From: Dehalococcoidia bacterium
GTDB lineage: Bacteria > Chloroflexota > Dehalococcoidia > Plut-88900
Reading direction: 5' to 3'
Assembly: GCA_965197585.1 (NCBI GenBank)
Contig: OZ240215.1
Coordinates: forward strand, 2,336,001-2,400,000
Length of the DNA stretch: 64,000 bases
In this document: positions 1-9,251 of the stretch, in pieces
How positions within the stretch are numbered: position 1 is the stretch's first letter
Layout of the letters: the number at the start of each line of letters is the position of its first letter
Notes under the pieces: generated by a model
The model's input: only the letters and a program-made list of their open reading frames with translations
The model's database searches: none
Told to the model about the DNA's origin: nothing
Translations under genes and position numbers: made by a program

Positions 1-2
1 AC

Positions 3-557
3 CACCCCGAGTCCCAGCGCCACATGACCATCCTCGACGACACCATTGGAGAGCTTCTTTCGAACCACCCCGACACAACCCTCCTCCTTACCGCTGACCA
101 CGGCATGTCTGCCAAGGATCATATGGTAGATCTGAAAAGCATCCTCGCAGCCCGCGGCATAGACTCCAATCCCGTGCCCATAATCAAGGACCGCTACGTC
201 CTTCAGCACTCCAACCTCGGCGGCTGCACCTTTGTATACCTGGACGATAAACACGAGGCCGAGGCCCTGGCCATCCTCCGCGAGACCCCCGGTGTCCACA
301 GCGCCTTCAGCCATGACGAGGCCGTGCTCGAATACCGCCTCCACCCTGGCAGGCTAGGCAATATCTTCGTTAACGCCGAGAAAAACTTCGTCTTCGGTGA
401 CCCGACCCAGATCGAAATGCGCCCCGGCCTCCGCTCCCACGCCTCCATCCACGAACGCGATATCCCCCTCATCGCCTACAACTCAGACATCAACTCCGAC
501 ACCATCGAAGAAAACCGCCACCTAGGTCAATACGCCCTAACCAAGCTCCTCTCCTGA
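3..557 (+). CDS. Alkaline-phosphatase-superfamily / phosphonoacetate hydrolase-like protein, C-terminal part (truncated by window start)
   Basis: Frame open from position 3; TADHGM metal motif and LRSHASIHERDIPL C-terminal motif typical of the PhnA/NPP family. Confidence 0.7.
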   Translation, partial: HPESQRHMTILDDTIGELLSNHPDTTLLLTADHGMSAKDHMVDLKSILAARGIDSNPVPIIKDRYVLQHSNLGGCTFVYLDDKHEAEALAILRETPGVHSAFSHDEAVLEYRLHPGRLGNIFVNAEKNFVFGDPTQIEMRPGLRSHASIHERDIPLIAYNSDINSDTIEENRHLGQYALTKLLS

Positions 558-567
558 CCTCTCATCC

Positions 568-636
568 CGCCATTCCCGGCGTCTGGGGGAATCCAGTACC
601 TTCTCCATCGATGGGAGAGGGCTAGGGTGAGGGTGA
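568..636. repeat. REP-like palindromes (CATTCCC..GGGAATCC type plus CCCTCTCCC/GGGAGAGGG-TAGGGTGAGGGTGA type) between convergent genes
   Basis: The same motifs recur at 3042-3079, 30074-30112, 31074-31118, 33458-33486 and 33871-33896. Confidence 0.75.
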
Positions 637-652
637 CTACGACCCCTACCCT

Positions 653-1564
653 CTACCTCACATACGCCATGGCCTGGTCCACGATGTCAATCCCCACAAT
701 GTCGCTCCATGCCTGAGTGATCTGCTGGAACGCGGGCCCCGGCACCCCAGCTCCGATCTTTATCCCGTTTAGGGACACCACGGGGGATATGTGACTAGGG
801 GTCGTGGTAATAAACGCCTCGTCGGCCTTGTAGACGTCAAAGGGCGTGTAGTCTCCCTCCTCCGTCTTGAACCCGAGACCCGAGGCTATCTCCAGCACCG
901 AGTCCATCGTAATCCCCCCCAGCACGTGCCTGCGATTGGGTATGTAAATCGTGTCCTTACGCAGGAATAGAAAATTCGCGCCACTGCTTTCGGCCACGTT
1001 GCCGTCGTAGTCCAGCATCAGGGGCAGGGCCTCTGGGTCGATCGCCTTCGCCTCGAAATCGGCGACCATGTGGTTCATCTTGTTGGATATCTTCGCCTTG
1101 GGGGAAAGACTCTGAGGCGGTGTGCGGCGAGTCGCCGGTGTGATCATCCTGATACCGTCACGGTACCACTTGGCGTACATCGCAAAGGCCAGAGGCTCCG
1201 TGTAGATGACAACAGTTGCCTCTAGCTCCGCCTGCCGAGTCGGCTCTACCACGCCCCGGCTGACTATGTGAGTCACTCCCACGTCCTCCGGCCCCGACCT
1301 CTGGAAGTTGGTATCCACCAACTCATGAGTCGCAGTCTCCAGGGCGTCTATGTCGATGCGCGGATCGATTCTCGTGTACTGGAGTGACCAGTAGAGCCGG
1401 TCCAGGTGCTCGCGCAGCTTCCAGATCTTGCCGCTGAAGGTGCGGGCCATCTCGTAGACCCCATCTCCCCACCGGAAGCCCCTGTCGAATACCGATACCG
1501 AAGCCTGGCTTGCCGGAACAAGCTCTCTATTGACGTAGACCAGGGACTCGCGTGCTTCTTCCAT
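653..1564 (-). CDS. Aminotransferase class IV (branched-chain/D-amino acid aminotransferase family)
   Basis: SVFDRGFRWGDGVYE, KAKISN (PLP Lys), ESSGANF, LGGIT and ADEAFIT motifs. Confidence 0.9.
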   Translation of the reverse strand: MEEARESLVYVNRELVPASQASVSVFDRGFRWGDGVYEMARTFSGKIWKLREHLDRLYWSLQYTRIDPRIDIDALETATHELVDTNFQRSGPEDVGVTHIVSRGVVEPTRQAELEATVVIYTEPLAFAMYAKWYRDGIRMITPATRRTPPQSLSPKAKISNKMNHMVADFEAKAIDPEALPLMLDYDGNVAESSGANFLFLRKDTIYIPNRRHVLGGITMDSVLEIASGLGFKTEEGDYTPFDVYKADEAFITTTPSHISPVVSLNGIKIGAGVPGPAFQQITQAWSDIVGIDIVDQAMAYVR

Positions 1565-1715
1565 GACAGACTCCTTCTATGATTCTTGGCGGCTTTGCCG
1601 GCAATTGTGGGTTTTGCCCACCTCCCTCGTCAAGGCTGCGACCCGTGTTGACGCTCGGACGCGGCGGCATATATTCTAGTCCGGCTTTCCACGGCTATAA
1701 GGGAAGGACTGGTTC

Positions 1716-2906
1716 ATGGTAAAGAGCACGGCAGAGGTCGTGATAATAGGCGGGGGTGTGATGGGTGCCAGCACTGCCTATCACCTTGCGAAACGCGGCG
1801 TCACGGACGTCGTCCTCGTCGAACAACGATACCTCGCCTCCGGCCCGACGGGCCGCTCCCTTGCCAACCTACGCCCCTATCACGGCGTAGAGGAGACGGT
1901 AAGGATCATCCACGAGTCCTCGAAGATATATCTGAATTTCGACGAGATCATTGGTGGCGGCGGCCAGTTCCGCAACATAGGCCGGGTCTGGGCCGAGCCC
2001 GAGTCCAACAGGGACCTTATGCAGGAAATGGTAGCGCTAACCGGCAAAGTCGGCATGAGAAGCGAGTACCTTGATCCCGACCAACTAGCCGAGATGGTCC
2101 CAGGCCTCAACACCGAGGACCTGGGTCCGATCGTTTATTTCCCCGACGCCGGTTACTCAAACCCGGGAGGCGTGACGGAAGCGTTTGCAGCACGGGCCCG
2201 GGAACAGGGAGTGCAAATAAACGAGGAGACTAAGGTAACTGGAATCGGGCTTTCGGGCGGGCGTGTTCAGTCGGTGGAAACCGACAAGGGAAACATTTCG
2301 GCGTCGGTCGTGATAAATGCTGCGGGGATCTGGGGCCCGGCTATCGGGCGGATGGTAGGTATCGAAATCCCGATCACGCCCACCCGCGGCCAGGGCGTCA
2401 TCTACCAGAGGCATTGGTCCATGCCCGAGTTCCGACCCATCTTCCACGACGGGCGCAGCGACTACATCTTCAGGTGCGAACCCGGCAACCTCATCAACGT
2501 ACTGAACACGCTAGAAATCCGGGATGATGCAGAGATGGTGGACCCCGACACTATGCCCGAAGACGCTGCGCCGGAACTTGTAGACCGGCACCGTATAGAA
2601 GGATCTCAAGCCCTGCCGACGCTGGAAAAGGCAACGCACCGCGGCGGCTATTCCTGCGCATATGACATCACGCCCGACGACTCCCCCATCTTCGAGGAGA
2701 GCGAGGACATCGGAGGGTTCTATAACATGGTCGGCTGGAGCGGGCTGGGAATGCAACAAGGCCCGGTGGCCGGAGACCTGATGGCGGAGCTAATCACCAC
2801 CGGCCGCACGACCCTCGTGGACATGTCTATATTCTCGTTACGCCGCTTCCGGGAAGGCAAGTCGCTGGCCTCAGCGTGGCTGTTCAAGGAAATCGGCCTG
2901 CACTAA
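1716..2906 (+). CDS. FAD-dependent oxidoreductase, DadA/sarcosine oxidase beta family
   Basis: GGGVMG Rossmann motif, NAAGIW, YDITPD, GWSGLG; RBS GGAAGGA. Confidence 0.9.
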   Translation: MVKSTAEVVIIGGGVMGASTAYHLAKRGVTDVVLVEQRYLASGPTGRSLANLRPYHGVEETVRIIHESSKIYLNFDEIIGGGGQFRNIGRVWAEPESNRDLMQEMVALTGKVGMRSEYLDPDQLAEMVPGLNTEDLGPIVYFPDAGYSNPGGVTEAFAARAREQGVQINEETKVTGIGLSGGRVQSVETDKGNISASVVINAAGIWGPAIGRMVGIEIPITPTRGQGVIYQRHWSMPEFRPIFHDGRSDYIFRCEPGNLINVLNTLEIRDDAEMVDPDTMPEDAAPELVDRHRIEGSQALPTLEKATHRGGYSCAYDITPDDSPIFEESEDIGGFYNMVGWSGLGMQQGPVAGDLMAELITTGRTTLVDMSIFSLRRFREGKSLASAWLFKEIGLH

Positions 2907-2962
2907 TCCTACATGAGACCAACACTTATCCCTGTCAACGGTGACTATAAAAGCCGTCTTGT

Positions 2963-3079
2963 CCCCTCTCCCTCAATGAGTCGCAGATGCGCCGAGGCAT
3001 GACCTTTGCACAACCCCGAGGGGAAGAGGCGGTGTCCTATACCCTCTCCCTCGATGGGAGAGGGCTAGGGTGAGGGTGA
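2963..3079. repeat. Composite repeat cluster: REP half, 21-nt micro-insertion (2981-3001), GAGACCTTTGCA-type end, full REP (3042-3079)
   Basis: Aligns to 33717-33749 except for the 21-nt insert. Confidence 0.7.
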
Positions 3080-3128
3080 TCCTGCTTTTAGAACGCCCGC
3101 ATAAGGACCTATACATGGAGGAGCAAAA

Positions 3129-3542
3129 TTGACTGTAGAACTACCGGATGACGCACGAGAATTATTCCGGGGCAAGAATTTCGCCCACGTGATTTCCCTG
3201 ATGCGGGACGGATCGCCCCAGGCATCCGCCGTATGGTGCGAGGCCGTAGGGAACGACATAGTGATCAACTGCGACGAGGCTACGATCAAGGTCAAAAACT
3301 TTCGCAGAGACCCACGTGTCGCAGTCTCGATTATCGGCCAGGACAAGCCCTACGAAGCCGTCTTTGTCCGGGGCCGGGTCACCGAGATCAAACCCGACCC
3401 CGAGAGCAAACACATCGACAAGCTGGCCAAGAAATACCTCGGCCTGGACGAGTACCCTTTCCACCAGCCCGGCGAGGAGCGACGCGTAGTGGTCATATCC
3501 CCCGACTCCGTGGGTTCGCTTCACAGCCCCCTGACAAACTGA
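3129..3542 (+). CDS. PPOX-class (F420-dependent) oxidoreductase
   Basis: DGSPQASAVW, KVKNFRRDPRVAVSI, HIDKLAKKYLG; TTG start after GGAGGAG. Confidence 0.9.
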   Translation: MTVELPDDARELFRGKNFAHVISLMRDGSPQASAVWCEAVGNDIVINCDEATIKVKNFRRDPRVAVSIIGQDKPYEAVFVRGRVTEIKPDPESKHIDKLAKKYLGLDEYPFHQPGEERRVVVISPDSVGSLHSPLTN

Positions 3543-3549
3543 TAGCGGT

Positions 3550-4740
3550 CTAGTCGAGTATGGCTACCGCCTCCACTTCCAGCATGTACTCGGGCTTGAA
3601 GAAACCCGCGACTACTGTCGTGCTGGTGTAGGCCCCGGGCTTCAGGTATCGGTCCCTAACCCTCCTGACCGCTGGGCCGTGCGCCCGGTCCACGAGGTAG
3701 GACTTGATTCTGACCACCTTGTCCCAGGAAACCCCGACTCCCTTCAGGATATCGTCAAGGTTCTTGTAGACTTGGGCAGCCTGGGCGTCGAAGTCCCCTG
3801 CGCCGACCGTCTCGTCCTGCGAGTTCCTGCCCACCTGTCCCTGCACGTACAGCGTGTTTCCTGCCCTCACGGCGTGGGCCACACCCGGTGATACCGAGAC
3901 CCCCGGCACCGTAAACGACTCCCGCTCCGCCATCGACGCTATGATCTCCGACTCGATCATCCACTCAGGCCCGACCAAGCCGCACACCACCGACGTCGCA
4001 GCCACTTGACCGGGGCGGTGGTAGCGGTAGCGAACGTCCCGGTAGTCATTGATCACGTCGTGCCGGGTGACGTATCCGTGGCTCCAAACCACCTTCTCCC
4101 AACCGGCCCCGTTGGCCTTGAGAATATTGTCGAAATTCTTGTAGACAGCCTCGGTCTGGGCAACGAAATCACCCTTGCCAATGGTTTCCGCTTCATGGGA
4201 CGCGACGTTCCCAAGCCGACCCCCCGACAGAACAGGCTGCTTCCCAGTAATCGGCTGCTGGCCGGTAACGTAGATCGTGTCCCCAACACGCACGGAATGA
4301 GGAGATCCCAGGGGAACGAAGGTGTCCGGCACGTTGCTGAGGCTGAACTTCGGCTGGCCGATATAGGCGATCAGGTCGACCTCTATGAGCAGGTCGGACA
4401 GGAGAAGCGGCATGGATACCGTGGCCCCTGCCCTCTGGTAATAGGGCAAATACTGGAAATGCACCTCCCGCGCCTTTTGCCTGTCCTCGGGGTTGGCGAG
4501 GTAGGTGTTGTACTTGACCACGTCGTTCCACGTGGCCCCGGCGGCCGCCAGTATCGCTTCCAGATTCTGATACACCTGGTGCGCCTGAGCCTCGACATCT
4601 CCCTTCCCTACTATCTCGCCATCCGGCCCCCGAGCCACAATCCCCGACGTATACAGGACGTTGCCCGCCTTGATCCCGTGGGCAAACTTCAGGGCCTCTG
4701 TTGAATAAATGCCTGGGGCGGTGATCTGCTCTTTAGTCAT
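3550..4740 (-). CDS. RidA/YjgF family protein with three tandem domains
   Basis: Three repeats of G(N/D)xxY..G / QxxxVYxNxxxILxxxGxxWxxVV / xE(V/S)(D/E). Confidence 0.9.
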   Translation of the reverse strand: MTKEQITAPGIYSTEALKFAHGIKAGNVLYTSGIVARGPDGEIVGKGDVEAQAHQVYQNLEAILAAAGATWNDVVKYNTYLANPEDRQKAREVHFQYLPYYQRAGATVSMPLLLSDLLIEVDLIAYIGQPKFSLSNVPDTFVPLGSPHSVRVGDTIYVTGQQPITGKQPVLSGGRLGNVASHEAETIGKGDFVAQTEAVYKNFDNILKANGAGWEKVVWSHGYVTRHDVINDYRDVRYRYHRPGQVAATSVVCGLVGPEWMIESEIIASMAERESFTVPGVSVSPGVAHAVRAGNTLYVQGQVGRNSQDETVGAGDFDAQAAQVYKNLDDILKGVGVSWDKVVRIKSYLVDRAHGPAVRRVRDRYLKPGAYTSTTVVAGFFKPEYMLEVEAVAILD

Positions 4741-4815
4741 GGAAAGCTCCTGCGGAAGTATGTGTGGATCAAAACATATTGAGGTGGCGGCCTGGTGTCA
4801 ACCGTGGCCCGTGCT

Positions 4816-5607
4816 TCAGAATCCCAGGGCCGACTTCGCCAGAAGACTCCCGGACGCCGTCAGCATCATGCCCGTAAGCGCCGCAATGAGCGCCCTTTCG
4901 GGGATTCGGGTCGTAAGCCTGCTCCCGACTATCACTGCGGGCACCGCCCCGATACTCAGGAACAATACCGCACTCCACTCCACCAGGTCCTGGCTCAGAT
5001 AGCCCAGCGTCCCGATTACCATCAGCACCAGCGACACCCCAATCGTCGTACCCACCACCTTGTCCGCAGAGATGCGGAATATCAGCAGCACGGGCGCGGT
5101 CATCAGCGTGCCCGCCCCCACCGAGGTTGCGCCCATGATCAGCCCCAGCACACCCCCCACCCCCGACCCCGCTAACCATTTCTTCGGGCCCAACCCATTT
5201 CCTTCCTGTTCCACGCTTCTGCGTTTTAGCCTTATCTGTACGACCAGAAGAGCGGCCCCTATGAGTACCAGCAACCCGATGAAGAGGTTCACCCACACCT
5301 CCAGCGAATCACCATATTCGGCGAAGAGGCGCGAGAGAAGTGCCACGCCAACCACGGCGCCCGGAACCCCACCCAAAAGCAGTGTAGCCCCCACACGGTA
5401 GTGAAACGTCCCCTGCTTGCTGTGCTGGGCGAACCCCGCAAGTTTGACCGCGGCTGTAAACGGGAACGTCGTGGCTATGGCTTCCACCGTGGAGAAGCCG
5501 AGGAAGAACACGAGGCTCGGCACCGCCAGCGCCGCCCCACCCACCCCCGTCACCCCGACTGCAAACCCCAGCCCCGCCCCGAGAACTATTTCAACTGCGA
5601 TATCTAT
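4816..5607 (-). CDS. Sulfite exporter TauE/SafE family permease (probable ATA start at 5607)
   Basis: GVTGVGGAAL and GATSVGAGTL motifs, several TM helices; frame extends 18 codons above the GTG at 5553 to an ATA preceded by GAGGT. Confidence 0.85.
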   Translation of the reverse strand: MDIAVEIVLGAGLGFAVGVTGVGGAALAVPSLVFFLGFSTVEAIATTFPFTAAVKLAGFAQHSKQGTFHYRVGATLLLGGVPGAVVGVALLSRLFAEYGDSLEVWVNLFIGLLVLIGAALLVVQIRLKRRSVEQEGNGLGPKKWLAGSGVGGVLGLIMGATSVGAGTLMTAPVLLIFRISADKVVGTTIGVSLVLMVIGTLGYLSQDLVEWSAVLFLSIGAVPAVIVGSRLTTRIPERALIAALTGMMLTASGSLLAKSALGF

Positions 5608-5714
5608 GCAATGACCTCATCTCTGGGGCAACAGAATTTTGCCTTGCCTCCGCAGCAACCATTCTACCCGTTCCATAAGACATCTTTTCTTATCTCACCG
5701 GTCCGCGGGAGGGG

Positions 5715-5747
5715 CCGCTCGTGCTGAGGTTCTCGAAGTATGAGCGG
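5715..5747. repeat. REP-like palindrome CCGCTCGTGCTGAG..TCGAAGTATGAGCGG
   Basis: Near-identical copies at 33501-33533 and 33767-33820. Confidence 0.8.
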
Positions 5748-5831
5748 GGGGTGTAGGAAGGCTGTTACAACCGGCCAAAGAGCCTAGGTAAGCAGTTCCG
5801 CAAATGGCTCTTGGAGATGAAGCAAATGAGG

Positions 5832-6752
5832 TCAGGGAACGCGCGCCAACACATCCAGTTGGTGAGCTATATACACAAGCTCCCGAGCCTCCACTTGTGA
5901 ATGACGCACTCTGCTCCACTCATCCAGGGTTTCACGACTAAGCTCTTGGCTGGACTGCAGCGCCCCTTGTACCGTATCGATGATCGCGTGTAGGAAAATA
6001 TCGTCGTCCCCCGAGTAGCCATCAACCCCAGGGTACACCACCCAGTCGGAGGGGCCAGCGTCCAGCACCTGCGCTCCAATTCTTCTCAGCCCGGAGAAAA
6101 GTCTCCGCCCTGTACGGCTGTCCCCCGACGATTTACCGTTGGCCACCCGCTCATCCATCGTCCGGTGGTAAAGCGCTTCTATCCGAGCATCCAACTCCGC
6201 ATCGACAACCGGGTCGAAGATGGTGCCCCCGTCAAAATTGATGCAGAGGTAGATTAGTCCCCCAGGCCTGAGCGACGCACCGATGAGCGGCAAGACGCTA
6301 TCCAGGTCCACGAGGTCGAGAAACGCCTGGGCTATCACCAGATCGTAGACCCCGCGAATGTCGTGCTTCTTAAGAACCTCGACGACATTTGCGGCTTCGA
6401 ATGATAGGTCCATTGAAGTACCCACCCCCGAGAACCGCATCCCCTCCTTCCTCATCTCCTCAACGGAGAGACCCCGCTCTAGTGCCCAGGCCGGCAACCG
6501 ACGCATAGCTTCCCGCACGTTCCCGGCCTCAAGATCAACGGCTCTGTATCGGCAGTCCGTTAACAGCCCCCGTTCGATTACCCTCTGCACCATCGAACCG
6601 ATACCCGCACCCAGTTCCAATACGTTTAGGGAGTCAATTCGGGGAAGTGCACTAGCCAACAAGTCCCAAACCCGAGGGTTCAGAGACCTGTCGTCAATAG
6701 ATTTCTTGGCTGCCAAATATCGGTGATAGTCAGCAGTTCCGGGATTGGGCAC
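5832..6752 (-). CDS. Class I SAM-dependent methyltransferase
   Basis: VLELGAGIG SAM motif, YDLVIAQAFLD, LRPGG. Confidence 0.85.
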   Translation of the reverse strand: MPNPGTADYHRYLAAKKSIDDRSLNPRVWDLLASALPRIDSLNVLELGAGIGSMVQRVIERGLLTDCRYRAVDLEAGNVREAMRRLPAWALERGLSVEEMRKEGMRFSGVGTSMDLSFEAANVVEVLKKHDIRGVYDLVIAQAFLDLVDLDSVLPLIGASLRPGGLIYLCINFDGGTIFDPVVDAELDARIEALYHRTMDERVANGKSSGDSRTGRRLFSGLRRIGAQVLDAGPSDWVVYPGVDGYSGDDDIFLHAIIDTVQGALQSSQELSRETLDEWSRVRHSQVEARELVYIAHQLDVLARVP

Positions 6753-6762
6753 GACGCAATTC

Positions 6763-7827
6763 TCAGCGGGCGATTTTCAGGAGGAAACGGCGGATGGTCT
6801 CGGCGCTCTGCTGCCATGTAGGGTGAGCGGCGTAGGTGTTCAGGGCCGTCTGTCCCATTTCGGCCAGCAGGGTCCGGTCCTGGATCAGTCGAGTTACATG
6901 CTGGGAAAGCCCCGCTATGTCACCGGGTGCGATGAGGAAGCCGTTGTGACCGTGCTGGATGGTCTCAGCCGCAGCCCCGGAAGTCGTCGCTAGAGCCGGG
7001 AGCCCGAACCCCATCCCCTCCATGTAAACAATTCCGAATCCCTCGTAGGTGGACGGGACGGCCAGGACGTGACATTCCCGAAACACTTCTGCCAGGGCCT
7101 CGTCATTCAGCGCACCCCTGAAAGTAATCCTGTTGGACAGGCCTTTCTCGGAGACCAATGCCCTGACCTTGGAGGCATATTTAGGATCGGCGTCCGGCCC
7201 CACCACGTCGAGACGCCACCCGGGTCCCGATATAGCCAGCGCCGATACCAGGGTGTGAAGCCCCTTGCGCGGTATCAGGTTTCCAAGGAACAGGATACGA
7301 AGAGGACCGGCAGCATTGGCTCGTTCGATGACATTCAGGGGCGTGATGGCCGGATTCAGCCTGTCGCCTCCCGGGTAGGCAATGACATTGGTCTTTGGTC
7401 TGCCAATCGCATTGGCGACGTCAGCCCTGGTCGTTCGGCTGTTGAATACGAAGGCGTCCACGGAGGAAAGGTAGCGGTTCTCGGCCCACCGGTAGACAGG
7501 CATTGCCCAACGTGAATGGGCCTCTTTGGACCGTAGATGGTGGACGATTGACACGATGGGGAGACCCCGAAGAGCCCCGTTCAGCCGGAATAGCGAGGGA
7601 TGGTTAAGTTCATCCTGCAAAAGCAGGTCTAACCCCATCCCGGCAATCTTCTTACGCAAGCTTCGCGAGAAATTATGCGCAAGCAGGCGTGGATACCGAT
7701 GCCAGGGCAGCGAGATAACCTCCACCTCGTCCCCCGACTCCCGCAGATATTCCACCAGCTTCCGGTCGTACAGGAATCCGCCCGACATGGTGGATAGATC
7801 GCCGTAAACGACCAGGCCTATGTGCAT
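6763..7827 (-). CDS. Glycosyltransferase family 4
   Basis: LGNLIPRKG and PSTYEGFGIVYMEGM (E-x7-E) motifs. Confidence 0.9.
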   Translation of the reverse strand: MHIGLVVYGDLSTMSGGFLYDRKLVEYLRESGDEVEVISLPWHRYPRLLAHNFSRSLRKKIAGMGLDLLLQDELNHPSLFRLNGALRGLPIVSIVHHLRSKEAHSRWAMPVYRWAENRYLSSVDAFVFNSRTTRADVANAIGRPKTNVIAYPGGDRLNPAITPLNVIERANAAGPLRILFLGNLIPRKGLHTLVSALAISGPGWRLDVVGPDADPKYASKVRALVSEKGLSNRITFRGALNDEALAEVFRECHVLAVPSTYEGFGIVYMEGMGFGLPALATTSGAAAETIQHGHNGFLIAPGDIAGLSQHVTRLIQDRTLLAEMGQTALNTYAAHPTWQQSAETIRRFLLKIAR

Positions 7828-8204
7828 CAGAGCGCAAGCCGGTAGGAGGCCCAGGCGTCGGCGTCTTCGTACATCTTGACGGTGATGGTAGCGAGGCCCG
7901 CGGTCTTGATTGAGCCTGCGAGAGACTCGCAGGCAATACGCGAAAAGTGCTCGATACTCGGGTTAAGGCCCTCGAACTCGTCGAAGCTGTTCAGCGTGTG
8001 GTCTTCGTAGCGGTCAACCAGGTCTTCCAGGTTAGTTGTAATGTCCACGATGTCGACCAGAAAGCCGTGCTCGTCCAGTTCAGGCCCCTCTAGCAGCACC
8101 TCTATCTCAAAGTGATGAGAGTTGAGGTTATTCTCGGGCCCCCAGTCCCCACCCACCAGGTAGTGCTGGGCTATAAAGTCCCGTTTGACCGATACGGTGT
8201 ACAT
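7827..8204 (-). CDS. 6-pyruvoyl-tetrahydropterin synthase-like protein (COG0720, non-QueD subfamily)
   Basis: FIAQH, WGPENNLNSHHF, GFLVDI, NPSIE and MYED T-fold motifs. Confidence 0.85.
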   Translation of the reverse strand: MYTVSVKRDFIAQHYLVGGDWGPENNLNSHHFEIEVLLEGPELDEHGFLVDIVDITTNLEDLVDRYEDHTLNSFDEFEGLNPSIEHFSRIACESLAGSIKTAGLATITVKMYEDADAWASYRLAL

Positions 8205-8227
8205 TGGTGCTCCTCCCCGTGCGGGAA

Positions 8228-9247
8228 TCAGTTATCGTAGGTAAATAGGACTTGAAGGGCGTTGGCCGGGTCCCGGTCCAGCAGCTCGTAAGCAGCCCCG
8301 GCGTCATTGAGTGGGAATGTGTGGGACACGAGCCGGGACGGACGAAGCTTCTTTATCATCGACCATGCGAGATCAAATCGGCGCTCCTTCGACCACCGCC
8401 CCGACCACTCGGGAGCAATCGTGCTCACCTGGCTGCTGATAAGCTTGATGCGGTCTCTGTGAAACCGCCCCCCGAGTCCCAGCCGAGACTCCTTGGTCCC
8501 GTACCATGACCCGACCACAATCCGCCCGTTGTACCCGGCAGTCTTTACAGCTTGGTCCAGGGCCACAGGGTTGCCCGAAAGCTCAAATGATAGGTCTGCA
8601 CCCCTGTAGCCCCGGCTCCCCTGAAGCGCGTACATGAGACCTGAGTCGTCTGGCGTGAGGCTTGCAGTCGCTCCCAAGGCTAACGACTCCCGTCTGCGCC
8701 TCTCGTGCTGGTCTACCGTCACTAGGCTGGCCAGTGGCATTTCCGACAGGAGCGCCGTGACCAGAAGCCCGACCACACCCTGCCCGAATACCGCCACCTG
8801 CTCCCCGATGGACGGCTGGCCGTCCATCACGAGGTTCACAGCAGTCTCCATTGTGGGCAGAAACGCGGCATCCTCAGCCGAAATGCCATCAGGCGCCTTT
8901 ATCAATTCTGATGTTGGAGAGATAAAACTGCTTTCATGGGGACGGAACGAGAACACCAGGTCCCCCGGCCCGACACCCGCCTCGCCTGCCCCCACTTCTT
9001 CCACTCTCCCGACCGCCGCATAGCCGTACTTGGTTGGATACTGAAAAGTCCCGTTCAACGCCGCTATGGACTCATCGACCGGCATCTCGCCAGGCATTTG
9101 GCCCCGGTACAAGAGCAGCTCCGTGCCCGAGCTGATAGCCGAGACTAGGGTCTTGACTAGCGCCTCACCCGGACCAGGGGATCCGAGAACGGAGCGTTGC
9201 ACCTCAACGCGGTATGGGGCAGCGAAAACTAGCGCGGTGTGGGACAT
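8228..9247 (-). CDS. Zn-binding alcohol dehydrogenase-family (MDR) oxidoreductase
   Basis: SAISSGTE, YGYAAVG, GQGVVG motifs. Confidence 0.85.
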   Translation of the reverse strand: MSHTALVFAAPYRVEVQRSVLGSPGPGEALVKTLVSAISSGTELLLYRGQMPGEMPVDESIAALNGTFQYPTKYGYAAVGRVEEVGAGEAGVGPGDLVFSFRPHESSFISPTSELIKAPDGISAEDAAFLPTMETAVNLVMDGQPSIGEQVAVFGQGVVGLLVTALLSEMPLASLVTVDQHERRRRESLALGATASLTPDDSGLMYALQGSRGYRGADLSFELSGNPVALDQAVKTAGYNGRIVVGSWYGTKESRLGLGGRFHRDRIKLISSQVSTIAPEWSGRWSKERRFDLAWSMIKKLRPSRLVSHTFPLNDAGAAYELLDRDPANALQVLFTYDN

Positions 9248-9251
9248 GGGG

